A stretch of 64,000 nt of DNA from the human T2T-CHM13v2.0 reference genome, Homo sapiens. Location of the stretch: NCBI RefSeq assembly GCF_009914755.1, contig NC_060926.1. One strand, given 5' to 3'. Under the pieces are notes generated by a model. The model did no database searches and was not told the origin of the DNA. It saw only the letters and a list, made by a program, of their open reading frames with translations. Made by a program: the position numbers and the translations under genes. Below are positions 1 to 14,869 of the stretch, in pieces; positions within the stretch are counted from its first letter, which is position 1; each line of letters opens with the position of its first letter.

Positions 1-770
1 TAAACATAATAACTTCACCCCTAAAAACTTCAGCAGGCATCTGTTAAACAGAAAAATATAATTTTACAAAACCACATTACTGTTGTCATGCAAAAGAAAA
101 TTAACAGTAATTCCTTAATGTTGTTTAGTAATTGGTTCATGTTCAGATTCTCCTAGTGTTCAAAATGTCTTTAATAACTGTTGTGGCCAAAGGAGAACCA
201 GGATCCAAAATTCATATATTGCCTTTGATTATTGTATTTATTTATTCTTGTATTCTAAGACGGTCTTCCCACCTTTTTACTTTTCCATGAAGTTGACATT
301 TTAAAGATATCAGATCTCTCGTTTTATAGAATATCCCACACTCTAGACTTGTCTGCTTGTTTCCTTTGGGGCTTGTTTAACTTGTCCCTCTATCCGTTGC
401 ATTTCTGGAAACTGAAAGTTGGGTCTAAAGGCTTAATTAGATTCAGATTAAACTGGCTCTTTTTTGGCGATAATACTCCATAGGGATGATACATGTTGCA
501 TTACGTCAGGAAGGACATACATGCCAGGTGGCTCCTATGTTAGGAATTACAAGTTTAATTACTTGGTTAAGGTAGTCTCCATTATAAGGGCACCTTTATC
601 CCTTTGGAATTAGCAAGTACTATATGAGGTGACACTTGGACATCATGCGGATAACTTGTTTCCAGTAACTTTTTGTCTAGATCAGTGGTTATCCTTGTCT
701 GGATTGTTTATTTTAGGGGGAATTATAAAGGATGACTTCTTCATTGGTTATGCCTTTTATATTTGTTTGA
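1..770 (-). mobile_element. Old L1 (L1MC-like) 3' region fragment
   Basis: Resembles L1MC 3'UTR consensus and the similar stretch at about 54740-55560; boundaries approximate. Confidence 0.5.
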
Positions 771-899
771 TGAGATTAATCCAGAGTTGGGGGTTAAGAC
801 CCCAAGGCAAGGAATTGAGGAAGATGAATGTTTGTCAAAGGCTGGTCTTAGTTTTATGGACTTCAAGCTTATTTGGTTTTATGGGTTCTCCTTAGGAAA

Positions 900-2258
900 A
901 AAGTACAAAATTGCAGAAAAAAGTAAAAATTTTAAATGAGAAAGGGAAAGACAGTTCATAAAATTTTAAGACCTGACAAATATTATAAACATTATTAAAT
1001 CCATACAAATAATATAATATTAATTCCCTGACACACCTCTGTAATATTTTCCCCGACAGGTTTTGCTGCATGCTTTCTGATCTCTTTTTCATATGAAAAT
1101 AACCTGGCAATAGTATTTCCGTAGAGAGAACATCATGGTGGCTCAAAATTAGTTTTCTATTATTAAGAGTTTAGAAGAGCTTTCTTCACAGCTCATCATG
1201 TAAATTTTTAGAATCACTGTCCAACTTTGGAAAGCCTCTATCAATGTTTTTTTTACAGGCAAGCTGTAAAATTTCAGTACTTTTCAAGTTTTTGTGAAGT
1301 GATCAATATCAAATGTTTTTTGAATTGAATCAAATGTTGTCATTGACCTTTAGTGGCAAAGTGCAGGTTTTAGTTTTCTTCATTGATCTACTTTGTTCTT
1401 AAATCAGCAAGTAATTTAAGTACTTAATTAATGTTCTTATGATGCAGTCCTCTTTATTCATTGCCAGAAAGCCAAAGTCCTACTGATTATTTGTTTACAC
1501 TTTCTGATGTGATTTGCATATAATTTTGTTTGAGAATTATAAACACAGGAATTCTGATAAAGTTAGTTTGCAGGATTCTCCAAAAAGGAAAGGAACATGG
1601 TACATTTATAATTGCATATACTGCATTATCATATATGTTCCTGATGTGGGAGAGCCTCTAATTTCAGTTTTGACTATATGAATGAGAAGTGAGTCCTCTT
1701 CTTACAGTTTTACATGCTTGGTGTTTGGAAGATTTTTCCAGACACTGGTCCTGATTCCAGCATGATGACTTTACTGCAAGTGCTAGCTGCCACAGGACAC
1801 TTGAGAGTGCTGTGGGACCGCTGCTCTTGCATATCCTGTTATCATCCTGGTTACAAATGCACAGTGGGCATTAAGAGTATTTCTGGAAGCCATTTTTGCA
1901 CTGTAAAGACTGGCAGTGACTCAGCTATGCACAGAAATGACCACAAACCACATAAATATACCATGCTGAACCCAAACCAAATGTATCCTCAACTCAACGT
2001 CCCTTTAGCTGAATCCCAAAAATGCCTGGGGCTACTCCAGTGACAACTGATATGGGAGGAAGTGTGACAGAGGGGGAGTTAGAGTGGAAAGAGACAGCAG
2101 TTTTAGTAGGTTGTGGTTAAGATATCTCACTTTCACAAGTATAAAAGAAATATGACCATGTGAACATGTTGCTGGGACCCCTCCCAGAGCTCTGAATGAG
2201 CCCAGGCAAGTGAGGGACCTGATGCCTCATAAGCTTCTTGGCAAAGCTGCATGTTTCT
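900..2258 (-). mobile_element. hAT-Tip100 DNA transposon relic (Zaphod/MER115-like)
   Basis: 1600-2250 resembles the reverse complement of the MER115/Zaphod end (atatgaccatgtgaacat...gggacccctcccag...gcaagtgaggg); left boundary uncertain. Confidence 0.55.
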
Positions 2259-2548
2259 GTTGAGAGGGGGTTGGTGCAGTGATGACTCTGGGGAAGGGAA
2301 AGTAATGGAGCTGAAGAGCCTTGTAGACTGCAGGATAATGGAGGAATTAAGAGATAGGAGGTTTTGTCAAGTTTGAAAACGGAGAAAGCTGTGAGAATAG
2401 AAATTGGTAGTCAGAGGAGAGGATGCTGGAGTTGGTTTTGCTGGTGACATGGCCCTGAGAATGTCTATGATGGTATGAAATTGAGACATGGAGGAAGAAA
2501 AGGTCCTGGTAGTCAAGGAGTTGTTCAAGGGGTTGTGAGTTTAAGGTG

Positions 2549-2920
2549 TGGGTGGGTCTGTTTTCACACTGCTATAAAGAATATCTGAGACTGGGTGATT
2601 TATAAACCAAAGAAGTTTAATTGACTCACAGTTCCCCATGGCTGAGGAGGCCTCAGGAAACTTACAGTCATGGCAGAAGGTGGAGGTGATTCAAGGTCGT
2701 CCTACATGGTGGCAGGTGTAAGAGAGAGCACAGGGGAAGTACCAGACACTTATCAAACAACCAGATCTCATGAGAACTCACTATCATGAGACCAGCATGG
2801 GAGAAACTGCACCCATGTTCCACTCACCTCCTACCAGGACCCCCCTTGACACATGAGGAGTATATTCAGATTATGATTCAAGATGAGATTTGGGTGGGGA
2901 CACAGAGCCAAATCATATCA
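2549..2920 (-). mobile_element. MaLR solo LTR (THE1/MST family)
   Basis: tctgttttcacactgctataaag...gagactggg...ggaggcctcaggaaactta...gagatttgggtggggacacagagccaaatcatatca. Confidence 0.85.
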
Positions 2921-3059
2921 GGAAGATTATCTGCATGGACAGTGCCATTACCTAGGAGGACTGTAGGAGGTAGGGTTGGGGGACAAAGAATGTGAGGCTA
3001 CTCTGGTGTTCTCTATGGATGTCAGGAAATGGTATTGGAGGCAGATAGTAGACAGCATC

Positions 3060-3502
3060 TTTATTAGTTTCTTATTGTTGCTGTAACAAAGTACCACAAA
3101 CCTGGGGGCTTACAATAACACAAATTCCTTCTACAGTTGGTGTTGTCAGGGTGGAGTTCCCTCTAGACTCTAGAGCAGTTTGTAGGGGAGAAACTATTAC
3201 CTTACTCCTTCCAGCTCCTGGTGGCTGCTGCCATTCCTTAGCTTGGGGCTGCATCACTCCATCTCTGTGTCCAGGGTCATGTGGCCTTCTCCTTTTTCTA
3301 TCTGTGTTAAATATCCCTCGTCTCTTTCTTATCAGGACACTTGTGATTGCATTTAGGAGTCACCCTGGTAATCCTGGATGATCTCTGTACCTCAAGATCC
3401 TTAATCACACTTGCTAAATCCTTGCCATATATGGTTACATTCATAAGTTCCAGGGATTTGGATGTAGATGTCTTTTGGGGAACCATTATTCAGCCTACTA
3501 CA
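3060..3502 (-). mobile_element. MaLR solo LTR (MLT1C/D-like)
   Basis: tattagtttcttattgttgctgtaacaaagtaccacaaac...cagcctactaca; flanks gcatc/gcata are consistent with a 5-bp TSD. Confidence 0.75.
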
Positions 3503-3749
3503 GCATAAACAAAAAATAGAAAGTGATGGAAATTCAAACTCAGAATGCCAATCCCATGTGTCTCAGCCTGTGCGTGTGCGCCTCTCTTCCCTCTCCCTGG
3601 CATGCCTTTTATTGTCTCCTTGTGAATTCCTGGTTATTCAAAACCCAAATCACATAGTATCTATTGTATGCTACTTCCCCTGATTCCTCCAGGCAGTGTT
3701 AATTACTTCTTTGTCTTTGCTTCTGTAGTGTTTGTAGATTTATCTACCG

Positions 3750-3900
3750 TAAGCCCTTCCTCCATCATAATTAATCTGTGTTTTTCACTTTCTTTCTAGG
3801 CTGTGAGCTTCTTTAGGGGCTGTTTCTTGTTTACCTTTGTATCTTAACCATCTGCCTGACACAAAGTAGGCAATTAGTAAATATTTGTTGTTGGATGGAC
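3750..3900 (+). mobile_element. L2 3' end fragment
   Basis: ctaggctgtgagcttct...tgcctgacacaaagtaggcaattagtaaatatttgttg is a typical L2 tail. Confidence 0.65.
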
Positions 3901-5129
3901 ATAAGATAAGGAGCATCAGTTGTTTTCATGGTTGCTGTTTGGCTTGAAATGGCTTGCTAGATTGCTTTATGAACTGTCTCAGGTATTTTTACTTTATTCT
4001 TTCCATTGTAAGGTGGACTGATATCTCATTGTTTTAGAACTTGGTATCTCACTCAAATGTAAGGAGGTAGTAATCTTGAACAATTCTGAATTAAATCTTT
4101 AGTAAAAGAGAATGTTTATTCCCTCATGTGCCTGTGCTTTTGAGATCCTTGTTAAATGTTGACCTAAATCAATACACTATTTCCGTACCCATCGAGACTT
4201 CACAGTTTAGCAAAAGAAACACTAACTACCCCCCAAACCAGAACAGAAGGTGGGAATGTTAGTTCAATAAAAATAGAGGAACAGAAAAGGAAAGTAACTC
4301 TGATTTGAGAAATTAGGAGGCGCTGCAGAGGACAGGGCTATGTATGTTGAGTGTTTGGAAATAATAGGGCAGATGATGAGATAGACTGCTCTTTGTTTTG
4401 AAAGGGGAAGAGAAAGAACAAATATAGGAAGCTTGGCAAATTTATGAAATCACAATCTATCCATAAATGCTGGGAGATAAAGCTAGTGGTGTTCCTTCAA
4501 ATGTGTTCTTTTGACCACTAGTTCCTTGAGATGTATCCTGAAACAGGGCTTCCTGGTCAGTAGACTTCAGCTCATGTGGTGTTCTGTGTTCCTGCAAGGG
4601 CACAGTGCACATGAACATGTGAAGGATTCTGAAAACATTGCAGGATGGAAATCGGATTTGCCAATTAGTTTCCTAAGTTTACTTGACAATAGCACCCTTT
4701 TGTTTTAGCACTGGCATGCAGCAATGTACAGAACAAATGTTCTTCATGGTGCATTTTATAAACTCCAAGTTGGGAAGAGGCCAAACCATAGAGAAGAGGC
4801 CAAATCATAGAGGGCTTTGGATGGCAGGTTAATAAATTTAGGCCATGCTTGTAGTCAGAATGGACACACGGCTTTGGTTTCTGAGAAGGAAAAGCCATGA
4901 ATGAATATGTGGTTTAGGACAGGAGGCCAGGAATAGTATAAAGATTTGCAGAATTGGTGGCAGGTGTCCATTTACACTGTTGACATAGACAAGAGAAGAA
5001 ACTGAAGGCTAGAACTAGTGCAGTGACTGAGAGAATCGAAAAGAGCAGCCTCACGGGAGAGCAGTTTCCAAGGCCCAGTGACAGTTCATGGGCCGTATAG
5101 GAATGACTGGTGTATTGGGAACTTCCTAC

Positions 5130-5342
5130 ATGCCAAAAACCATTTAAGCTCTTTACGTATATTATCACATATCATCCTTATACCTACTTTGTGAAGAAGT
5201 AATTATTACTTCTACCACTTAAGAGATGAAGAAACTGAAGCACAGAAAGTTAACTTATTGTAGCTACTTAAATATCAGCTAGTCCATTGGATAGCCAGTG
5301 TTTAAGTTTCTGCAATCAGGCCCCTAAATTCATACTCTGAAC
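5130..5342 (-). mobile_element. MIR SINE interrupted by Charlie1
   Basis: MIR core (agatgaagaaactgaagcacagaaagttaa). Confidence 0.6.
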
Positions 5343-6789
5343 TAGTGGTTCTCAAACTTTTGATCATAAAACCCATTTAGACTCTTGAAAATTATTGAGG
5401 ACCTCAAAGAGTTTTGGTTTATGTGGGTTATAGCTATCAATATTTACCATATTGGAAATTAAAACTAAGAATTAAAAAAAATTAATATAATTCATTAACA
5501 TTCATAACATAATTTATCAATAATTCATTTTAAATATCAGTAAGCACAATATGTGTTCACATAGATAAGTTTATGAAAAATTAATGTAGTTTTCAAACAA
5601 AATGAGATGAATGGCAATTTTTTTGCAAAACTTTTAATGTTTGGCTTAATTAAAAAAATCTGATTCCCATATTTGCTTCTGTGTTAACTCCTAGAGCTAT
5701 ATCATTTTGATTGAAGGTCAGTTTGGCCTCATACAGGTATGTACTTGGGAAGGGTAAGAGGGATTGTTTTAGTAGCTTTTTCAGGTAATCGTGGATATCC
5801 CTCTTTGCACTACTAATTTGGCATGTGGTGGTTGCTTAAGATTAGTTCCAAGGTGGAACCTGAAACCATATCAGTGAACCTGACCACGTTCTGTAACATT
5901 AAAATCTGTTGATCTGTCTTGAAGTTTGAATAGATCTTTTCCCTATATATGATTTTCTAATATTATGCATTGATTATTTGGAAATATTGGTTTACTGATT
6001 ATGTAGACTTTGTAAATATTGACTTAATTATACAGTATCAAAGTATCACATTTATTTATGTCACCACCAATCTCATCAGAAAACTCTTTAAGTATTGGGA
6101 AGCTGTCAAGCTCACAGTGCCACATAGAAGTTTTCCAAAATTCTAATTTTCACTCCAATGCTCAGATCTTATCATTGACAACAAATTCATTAGTTGTTTT
6201 CCTTAAAGGCTTGCTTTATTTTTTTAGAAAATGTGAGCCATTTTCCTTTTTTTTTTTTTTTTTTTTAACCATAGTTCATTAGTTTTTCTTTTAAGTAAAC
6301 ATGGCAGGGGAAAGTGGGGAGGGCCCATGAAAACAACGGCTCATTCATCTCACAGCTCAAACCCATAAGTGCTTTTCTTTTTCCACAAGCATCTTTCTTT
6401 GCTATACAGCTGAAGTGCTTTGTGTGTATTTCACATTTCATCACACGGTGTATTAAAAAGATGTGGACTAATCTTGGTGTTTAATAAAATTAGGAATTTT
6501 ACCGCTTTGTCAAAGATATTCCTAAACACCATGAATATGTGTCTGTGAAGAGTGCAGTGACTATTGGTATTGTTTGGGGCCACTGCCTTGATTCACTTGA
6601 CTCATGCTAAGGCATCAGCAGTTGTCTTCTTGCTTTTGTGCCATTAGTGTAAATGTCAACATGGTTTTTCTTAAAAAAAAGGGCAGATCATGTCTTAATG
6701 TTGCTGTGAAAATAGTTTTGACTTTGTGAACCTCTGGAAGGGTCTTAGGGGCTTCTAGTGATTCATAGAGCACATTTTGAGAATTGCTG
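5343..6789. mobile_element. hAT-Charlie1(a)-like DNA transposon, about 1.45 kb
   Basis: TIRs tagtggttctcaaa / ttttgagaattgctg; 8-bp TSD ctctgaac (5335-5342) vs ctttaaac (6790-6797); Charlie1-like internal sequence. Confidence 0.8.
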
Positions 6790-7035
6790 CTTTAAACTCT
6801 GATGCTACCTCTCTAGTCACGGGAAGACTGCTTAGCTTGTATGAAAGGAAAGATGGTTATTTGCAACCTGGGAGCTTCCAAGGGAGCTTCATGTAGTTAG
6901 GGATGGGAGGGAGAGGGAAGCAGTAGAATATGTACAATTATATACAATCACTGAAATTGCTGGTTAAGAACTGTGGACTTGAACTGTTAACTCTTTGTAG
7001 AAAGGAGAATGGCTAATAGCAATTTAGAAGATAAC

Positions 7036-7520
7036 TGTAACAATAGCTTCAGTCCCACGTGTTCTTTTCAAAGTTTCCCACTCAGCCATTAAGAGGTGGA
7101 GTCCAGTTCACCTCTCTGCTAGCTGGGTGGATTTGTGACTTGCTGTAACCAATAGAATCCAGTGTTAAGTATCACATTGCTTCTGAAACAAGCAGTTTCT
7201 TGCCTTGTGAGTTGAAATGCTTGTCTCTGGAGCCCATGTCAAAAGCATACAGCTTTCCCGATGTCACCAGGCTGTGAGGAAGAGGCCCAACCATCAGTGG
7301 CATCAGAGCCAGACATGTGAGTGTGTGGCCTTTGATAGAGCCACAAAGTTACCTCCAGTTTTCTCTGCTGAGGCTGCTGACATTATGGAGCAGAGACCGA
7401 CCACCCCGTGTGCTCCTTCTGAATTCCTGACCCACAGAATCTGTGACTCCAAGAAAACGTTTCTTTGGTCCCACTAGATTTGGGGAGACTTGTTCTGTAG
7501 AAGTGGTAATGGCAACCATG
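7036..7520 (+). mobile_element. MaLR LTR (MLT1G/H-like)
   Basis: ccattaagaggtggagtc...tgtgacttgctgtaaccaatagaat...gaattcctgacccacagaatctgtga. Confidence 0.6.
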
Positions 7521-7693
7521 AGTTGAATGAATATAGGAAAAGTAGAATGAAAAGTGTGCAAAGGACAGTGTTGAGTCGGGGAGAGTAGAGTGAAAAGAAG
7601 GGAGTGAAAGAGTCTTGGGGACAGATCCATACTGAGTTGCTGTGCTACTGTGAGTCCTAACAACAGCACCCATCAAGTAAGAGAGTTTTAAAT

Positions 7694-7933
7694 CAGTGGT
7701 TTTCAACTGTGGGTTCTAACTCATTAAAAGGACGTGAAATCAATTTAGTGTGTCACAACTGGCATTCCAAAAAAAAAAAAAAAAAAACAGACATAGAAAT
7801 ATTAGTGTTACATATAGAAAGGGTAAGTATTATTTCAAGGACCTTTGATTTCAGCTATGTTTGTATATGTGCTGGGTGAAGTCTAAAATAAGTTTTTATG
7901 TGGGACACAGTACAAAAATTTTGAGAGATGCTG
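7694..7933. mobile_element. hAT-Charlie MITE (MER112-like) with internal A-tract
   Basis: cagtggttttcaactgtggg...ttttgagagatgctg TIRs; flanks ttttaaat/ctttaaac. Confidence 0.6.
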
Positions 7934-9638
7934 CTTTAAACTGGCTACTAGTTGCTTAAGCTAGACTTAAATATGTGTGTGGGATCAGTATCATTTATTG
8001 CCTTCAGTGGAAGAGAGAATTAGATTGCCAGGACTCTGGTGGCAATGAGAAGAACAGGCCATGATCATAGATTTCTGCTAATTTATTGTCTTTTGTTAGA
8101 ACAAGTACTGTTTGTTCACGAGGCTTACTAATGAGTGTGCCAGCTCTCAAGATAGTTGTCTGTATATGGAAATGTGTGCTCACAGATTTAGACTTCACCT
8201 GAGCCAGAAATGCTAATAACAGTTGTTCAGTTATAAACAAAGTTATTAGTAAAACCCTTTAAAAATGCAAAAAAAGGGTTATCTAGAGCAAAGGAGAAAA
8301 TGAGGTATAAAATTTAATACATTTTCCCAAATGAAAGTATAACATTCCTTTCTAAATTGTTTGAAATGTAAAAGTATTTCTGACAGCTTGGTAGAAAATA
8401 AAAACCAATGGATATAGGGTCAAAAGATACATTGGGAGTCCATATAAATAAGCAAGTGACATATAAATTCAGCAATACCCAAATTAGTCATTCTTAGAAG
8501 AGAAACCTCCTTCAACAAAAATAACCTGATGGATAAGGACTGCAGAAGGAATTTTGGTCTTCTCAGAGTTGGGTTGGTGTCTGTGGCAGCTCTTTGAGAG
8601 GGGAGAAGAGTGGCTGTCTCAGATTTAGGTTTCTAAAGGAAGGTTTAAGTTATTTTTCAAGAAGTTATGTCAATTTATTGTGTTATTTTGGTCAAGTTGA
8701 GCACAGGTTGGCCTGTGTGTGCATGTCCATGTGTGTATAAACACACATTTGTTTATTGTCAAGGATGAGCATTTTCTGAAGCATGGTTTTCTGTTTATAT
8801 TGTAAGATTACATCTTCTGTCTTTGTATCTACTTGGACTGTTGCATTTTTCTAATAAGCTTGGATGACAAGTGTATATAGAATGATACCCTGTTTCATTT
8901 CATAGAAACATGTTTTCCTGGCTTGCTAGAGTTCAGTTTAAATCAACATTCCAGGACTGTCCCAAGCAGATTGGTGAAGTAGGGGACATTTTTCTTCTGC
9001 ATTTCTTAGATGTTCATTTATATATTTCCTCCCTTTCCTCTTTACAGACTACCTTAAAGGAAAGTTATTTGAGTCATAAGAAAGAGTTAATTTGTCCTGC
9101 CTCCCAGCAGGGGTTACAATTGAGCAGAACTCAAGGTGAGAGCAATATTTAACCCAAAACAATGATTCCCTTGAGTCAGATTTTATGAGATGAGAAGGAG
9201 AAATTTTGAGCCAAGGGACTTTCCCTCCCACTACAATTGGAACTCTTTGAGGGAACGGAGGTGTATTAATCAACTCTGCCTTTGAAGTCCAATTCTGTGG
9301 AGAGAGACAGAAGCCCCAGCCCTGTCCTGAACAGCTGGACAATGATCTTCCCATTCCCTGACCCACCGTGGGAAGAACTTAGAGCACAACTGGGGACACA
9401 TTGAGAACAGAAAAGACAGTTTCATCTGACTACTGAGTTTTCTTTAGGTATTCTTTTCAAAGAGATTTAGTACAACAACTTCTTTTAAAAACTGGTTGAA
9501 TTACATAAATAAGCCGAAAAGAAAGTAGTGGCTAAGTGAAAAGGTAACCTTATTTCTGAACCTCTGATTGAAAGAACAACATACTCCGTGTAGAAAAGTT
9601 GCAGATATACAAATATATGATGAAGAACCCAAACTGCC

Positions 9639-10001
9639 TGTATTAATTCATTTTCATACTGCTATAAAGAACTGCTCAAGACTGGGTAGTTTATAAAGGA
9701 AAGAGTTTTGATCGGCTCACCATTCCACATGGCTGGGGAGGCCTCAGGAAACTTATAATCATGGTGGAAGGTGAAGGGGAAGCAAGGCAACAGGAAGGAG
9801 AAGTGCCAAGAGAAGGGGGAAGAGCCCCTTATGAAACCACCAGATCTCCTGAGAACTCACTCACTAACAGGAGAACAGCATGGGGGGAAACAGCCCCATG
9901 ATTCAGTTACCTCCACCTGGTCTCTCCCTTGACACTTGGGGATTATGAGGCTTACAGTTCAAGATGAGATTTGGGTGGGGACACAAAGCCTAACCACATC
10001 A
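9639..10001 (-). mobile_element. THE1 (C/D-like) solo LTR
   Basis: TG...CA termini, THE1 consensus motifs, perfect 5-bp TSD ctgcc (9634-9638 / 10002-10006). Confidence 0.9.
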
Positions 10002-10789
10002 CTGCCCAATCTCTCACCCAGAGAAAATTATTAGCATTATTCTCTTACATACCCCTACCCTTGTATGCAACTGTATTTTCAATTTTTTTGTTTAACATGC
10101 TATAAGCTCAGATAGAGAAGCCTCCTTTTTAATGACTGCATAATGATTTCTTCTGTAGTTCCTTAGCTTATTTGCTGATTCACTAATTTTACACACTAAT
10201 TTTACTACCTCATCATTCAGATTATAAGTGAGGTTATCTGTCAGAGCATTATTGGTAGGTCTTGGCTCCCAGGTCCGAGTATGTCATTGGAGTATATTCC
10301 CAGAACAAGGTGAAGTGCTGGAACTATTTTCATGTGTCTTTATACACACTGTCGCTGACTTTCTGTATGTTTATTCTAGTTGATAGGTCATCAGCACCAT
10401 ATGAAAGTGCTGGCTTTCCCATCCTGGCCAACTTGAATATTTTCTATAAGTTTTTTGGGAGTTTGATATGTATTAATAACAAAAATTATTCCACTGCTGT
10501 TGCTTACCGTTCTTTATTTGTGAAATGGGACATTTCTAACATTTCCTTTTTAGCCAGTTCTATTTTCTTGTCTGTGATTTTTCTGTTTGTGTCCTTTACA
10601 TATTTTCAGGAAGCTGTGATTGTTCAGTGTTAATGAGTGGTGATCACAAATACCAAGTAGTTCTTATTAGATTTTATATAGTAATAGACCTTAACTACAC
10701 AGTACAATGTTAGGTTCTATAAGTAATAGCATAGATGATGCTTATGGATAATTTCTTTTTTGTTGGCATTAATGGATACAGATTTATCA

Positions 10790-11234
<445 letters not shown>

Positions 11235-11446
11235 TTATGTTTTTTAAGTAAATTCTTTTTTTTTAAACTGGACTTAGATTGGCAGAAAAATTGCCAAGAT
11301 GTATGGAAACCGCCCCCCGCCCCGAACCTCACACCTAATTTTACCTCTTATTAATGTCTTTCCTAATTTTTACCTAATGTCTTTTATCTATCCCAGAACG
11401 CCATCTGGCATATCATGTAGTAGTTAGTCCTTTGGTCTTAGATTCC

Positions 11447-11803
11447 TGTCTTACTCAGCCATAAATAAATACCATAGACTGTGTGGCTTACACAACAGGA
11501 ATTTATTTCTCACACTTCTGGAGGCTGGAAGTCTGAGATCAGGTTGCCATCATGGTTGGTTCTTGTTGAGGCCTCTCTTCTAGGCTACATTCTCACTGTG
11601 TCCTCATGTGGCAAGGAGAGAGAGAGAAAGCAAGTTCTCTTACATCCCTTCTTATAAAGGCACTAATCCCTTCACAAAGGCCCCACCCTCCTAACTTCAT
11701 CTAAATCTAAATATCTCCCAAAGACCCCATCTCTAAATAGCATCACATTGGGAATTAAAGCTTCAACATATTAATTTTGAGAGGACACAGTTTGGTCCAT
11801 AAG
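11447..11803 (-). mobile_element. MaLR LTR (MLT1A-like)
   Basis: aataccatagactg...ggaatttatttctcacacttctggaggctggaagtctgagatcagg...cttataaaggcactaatccc. Confidence 0.8.
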
Positions 11804-13399
11804 AGTTCCTCATGGCTGTGACACTTATTTTTATTTATTTCTAATGAGTTATAAAATCATTCCTGAACATCTGCGTGTATTAACATTAACTCTCATTGAC
11901 CCTCATGTGTTTCAGAAACAGTGTTCAATTAGCCACATGGCGTGATTTCTAAGCAAGTTTTAATTTAGGTGCATGAACATATATTGTGTTCTGTAATTAG
12001 ACAGGCCTGCTGTGGTTCCATTTAAAAATGTACACGTCATACACAGAGGTGGAATTAAACCACATCGATATGAGACATTTCTATACCAACCAGAGGGGGC
12101 CAGCCATGGAGGACTCCTGCTGTCTATACATTAGTCAGACCTTGTTTAGGGTCTGTTTTACCCAATTGGCCTGCTCAGAATAACAGAGAAGAGCGGTAGG
12201 TAGAAACAAGGAAGCAGCTGTTTTTCTAGTTGAACAGTGTTATCTGGAATAAGGTTCACTACCCAGGTTGAAACTAATTGGCCATCATGCTGGGATATAA
12301 TTGTGGGTGTGTGGATGATAACACCTACCTAATCTGTACTTAACTAACTAGGCTTGTTAATAATCAATTTTGGTGACTTGGTGACAGGTGCGAGACTTGA
12401 GTACTATGTTGGATGTCCCAGATAATGATGAGTGGAGGTTATTTTAAAATGGTAAAATTTTTAAAAATTAAAGAAAAGGCCTATGTCATGGGTCAGTAGG
12501 TGATAATCAATAAATGGATCTAATTCAATTGAGGAGCTCTGTTAACTGTATTTTACAGGAAAAGGGTGTTTTTAATATTAGAAGTTAATTACAAATGTAG
12601 CAATTATTTTGACTCGATTTTTTTTCTGGCTAATATTTTTTCATTACAAAAGTCATGAAGCCGCTAAAGCAATGTATTTCCCTTTGGAGTGTTTAGAATG
12701 TGCACTTTGGCCTGTTTGGAATTTTTTTAGGAGACACTATTGGAGATAAACATTATACAATTAAATATTCTCAACTAATAAGATGATAAATCACATCTCT
12801 GGAGATTTCTAATGTGTTTACTTAATTCTTCCCATTTCAGTATAAGCAGGAATGTTTTAAAATAGAGAGTTCTTTTTATTTGCTAATTTCCCTTTCCTCT
12901 TCTGCTTGTGCAGTATTAAGTGATTTTTAGTTAAAAGTCATGGGAGTTAAATAGGCATGAGGACTGTTTTCCATTTACATTCAGGTTTGGTTCAAATTAT
13001 GTAAAATGAAGACAGTTGGGGCTATGAGTTGAAATCATTAGTACATCAATTATTCTGTGATAACCAGCTGAGAACAGGCTGCAGCCTGCAATAAATGTTC
13101 CCTCCATTTAAAGTTGGCTTCTCATTAGCTTATATGAGAGATAAAATAATTTGATTCTAATTTATCTCTCCTTAAATGGACATTGTTCCCCCCTGAATTC
13201 AAGAGGAGAGCATTTTAATTTTGTAGTCATTTATAACACATGGGTCAAATAAATAACAAGTTTTATTTCTAGCAATATATGTCACTTCAGTAATTTATAT
13301 TGCCATAGTTTCTGGATTCTAAGACACACATCTTTTTATGACATAATTGGCCATAAACGTGTTAAAGATAACATAAAAATCAGTAGAGAAAATAAGAGT

Positions 13400-14430
13400 T
13401 TTTAAACAATGTTGCTTAAATAATTTTTTAACCATTTGGAAGAAACTAAAGTTAGAGCTTTGCCTCACTAGACTCTAAAACAAATTGCTGATGTTTAGAA
13501 TGTGTAATAAGCCAGATCTGAAAAATAACTAACAATGTGTGAGGAAAATTTTAATTTCTAAGCATAAAAACAGTGAACGTAATTTCAAATGAACACAAAA
13601 ATAGTAGGCTGCTTTTGATAAAGGGCAAAAATCAGAAATAAATGAGAAAAAAATGAATTACATCTTTAGGATGAACAATACTAAGTACAAGAAAAACACT
13701 GACAGGCAGATTGGCAAAGGCTATCAATAAACAATTTATAGAAAAAAATCTATCAGTGGCTAATAAATGTCTAACATAAAAGCTTTAGTTTTGTTTGTGT
13801 TTTCTTTTCTGTATAACACTAGGTAACCAAAAAGCTCATTATTAGTTAAATAATGGAAAATTAAATTATTCTAAAATTGTTACTCTTGAGGTTTTGATTA
13901 AATGGGAATTTACATAAACTTTTGATGGGGCTGTACATTGGTATAAACATTCTGAAAAGTAATTTGGGCATGTGTATCAAGATTTGTAAAAAGGTTTATA
14001 CCCTTTGATTCAATAATTAGCTTTCTAAGAATCTAAAGTATAAATGGCTAGAAATACAAAAGATTGATATCAGCATATGTATTGTAATGATGTATCAGAA
14101 AATGGAGAACCCCCTAAACATCCAATAGTACATGACTCAATAAATCATGTTGTACATCATGATAGAATATTGTACAGCCATTAAAATGGTATTGTCAGAG
14201 ATTATATTAGTAGGCTTAGAAAACACAATAAAATAAGGGTAGAAAGAAGAATACAAAGTATTACATATGAAGTGGTTTCAGTTTTTTTCAAAGTAAAAAT
14301 AGTCATACAAAAAGGACTAGAGAGAAACCCATCAAATATTAATAGTAGTTAACTCAAGGTTGTGGAATTATTGGTATTATTTATGGCTTTTTCTTCAAAC
14401 ATTTCCCCCCAAATTTTCTACAGGGATGCA
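13400..14430 (+). mobile_element. Old L1ME-type 3' fragment
   Basis: Degenerate L1 ORF2-end/3'UTR motifs (gaatattgtacagccattaaaa, ctgtacattggtataaacattctgaaaagtaatttgg). Confidence 0.55.
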
Positions 14431-14474
14431 TCATTTATAGTGGAAAAATTTAGTTCTTAAAACATAAATATATA

Positions 14475-14835
14475 CAGTAGTTCCCCTGTTATCTGCAGGA
14501 GATACTGTTGAAGACTCCCAGTGGATGCCAGAAACTACCATGGATAGTGCAGAACAATATATATGCTGGGTTTTTTCAATCCGATAACCGAGATGGCTGT
14601 TAAGTGACGAATGGGCAGGTAGTGTATGCAGCATGGATCCACTGGACAAAGGGATGGTTTGTGTCCCACGTGGGATGGAGCAAGACAGCGTGAGATTTCA
14701 TCACAGTACTCAGAACAGTGTGTGATATAAAACTTGTTTATTTATAGAATTTTCCATTTAATATTTTCAGACCAAGATTGATTGTGGGTAACTGAAACCG
14801 TGGAAAGTGAAACAGCACATAAGCGGGGACTACCA
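14475..14835. mobile_element. Tc1/mariner Tigger4a/MER46-like MITE
   Basis: TA-cagtagttcccctgttatctgc ... gcacataagcggggactacca-TA; inverted termini with TA TSD. Confidence 0.75.
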
Positions 14836-14869
14836 TAGCACCCTATTTTTACAACCCTTAACTTATTTG

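Noticed and set aside
4774-4811. 19-bp tandem duplication gaagaggccaaa(c/t)cataga
   Set aside because: Two copies with no spacer inside degenerate repeat DNA; ordinary slippage, not CRISPR-like.
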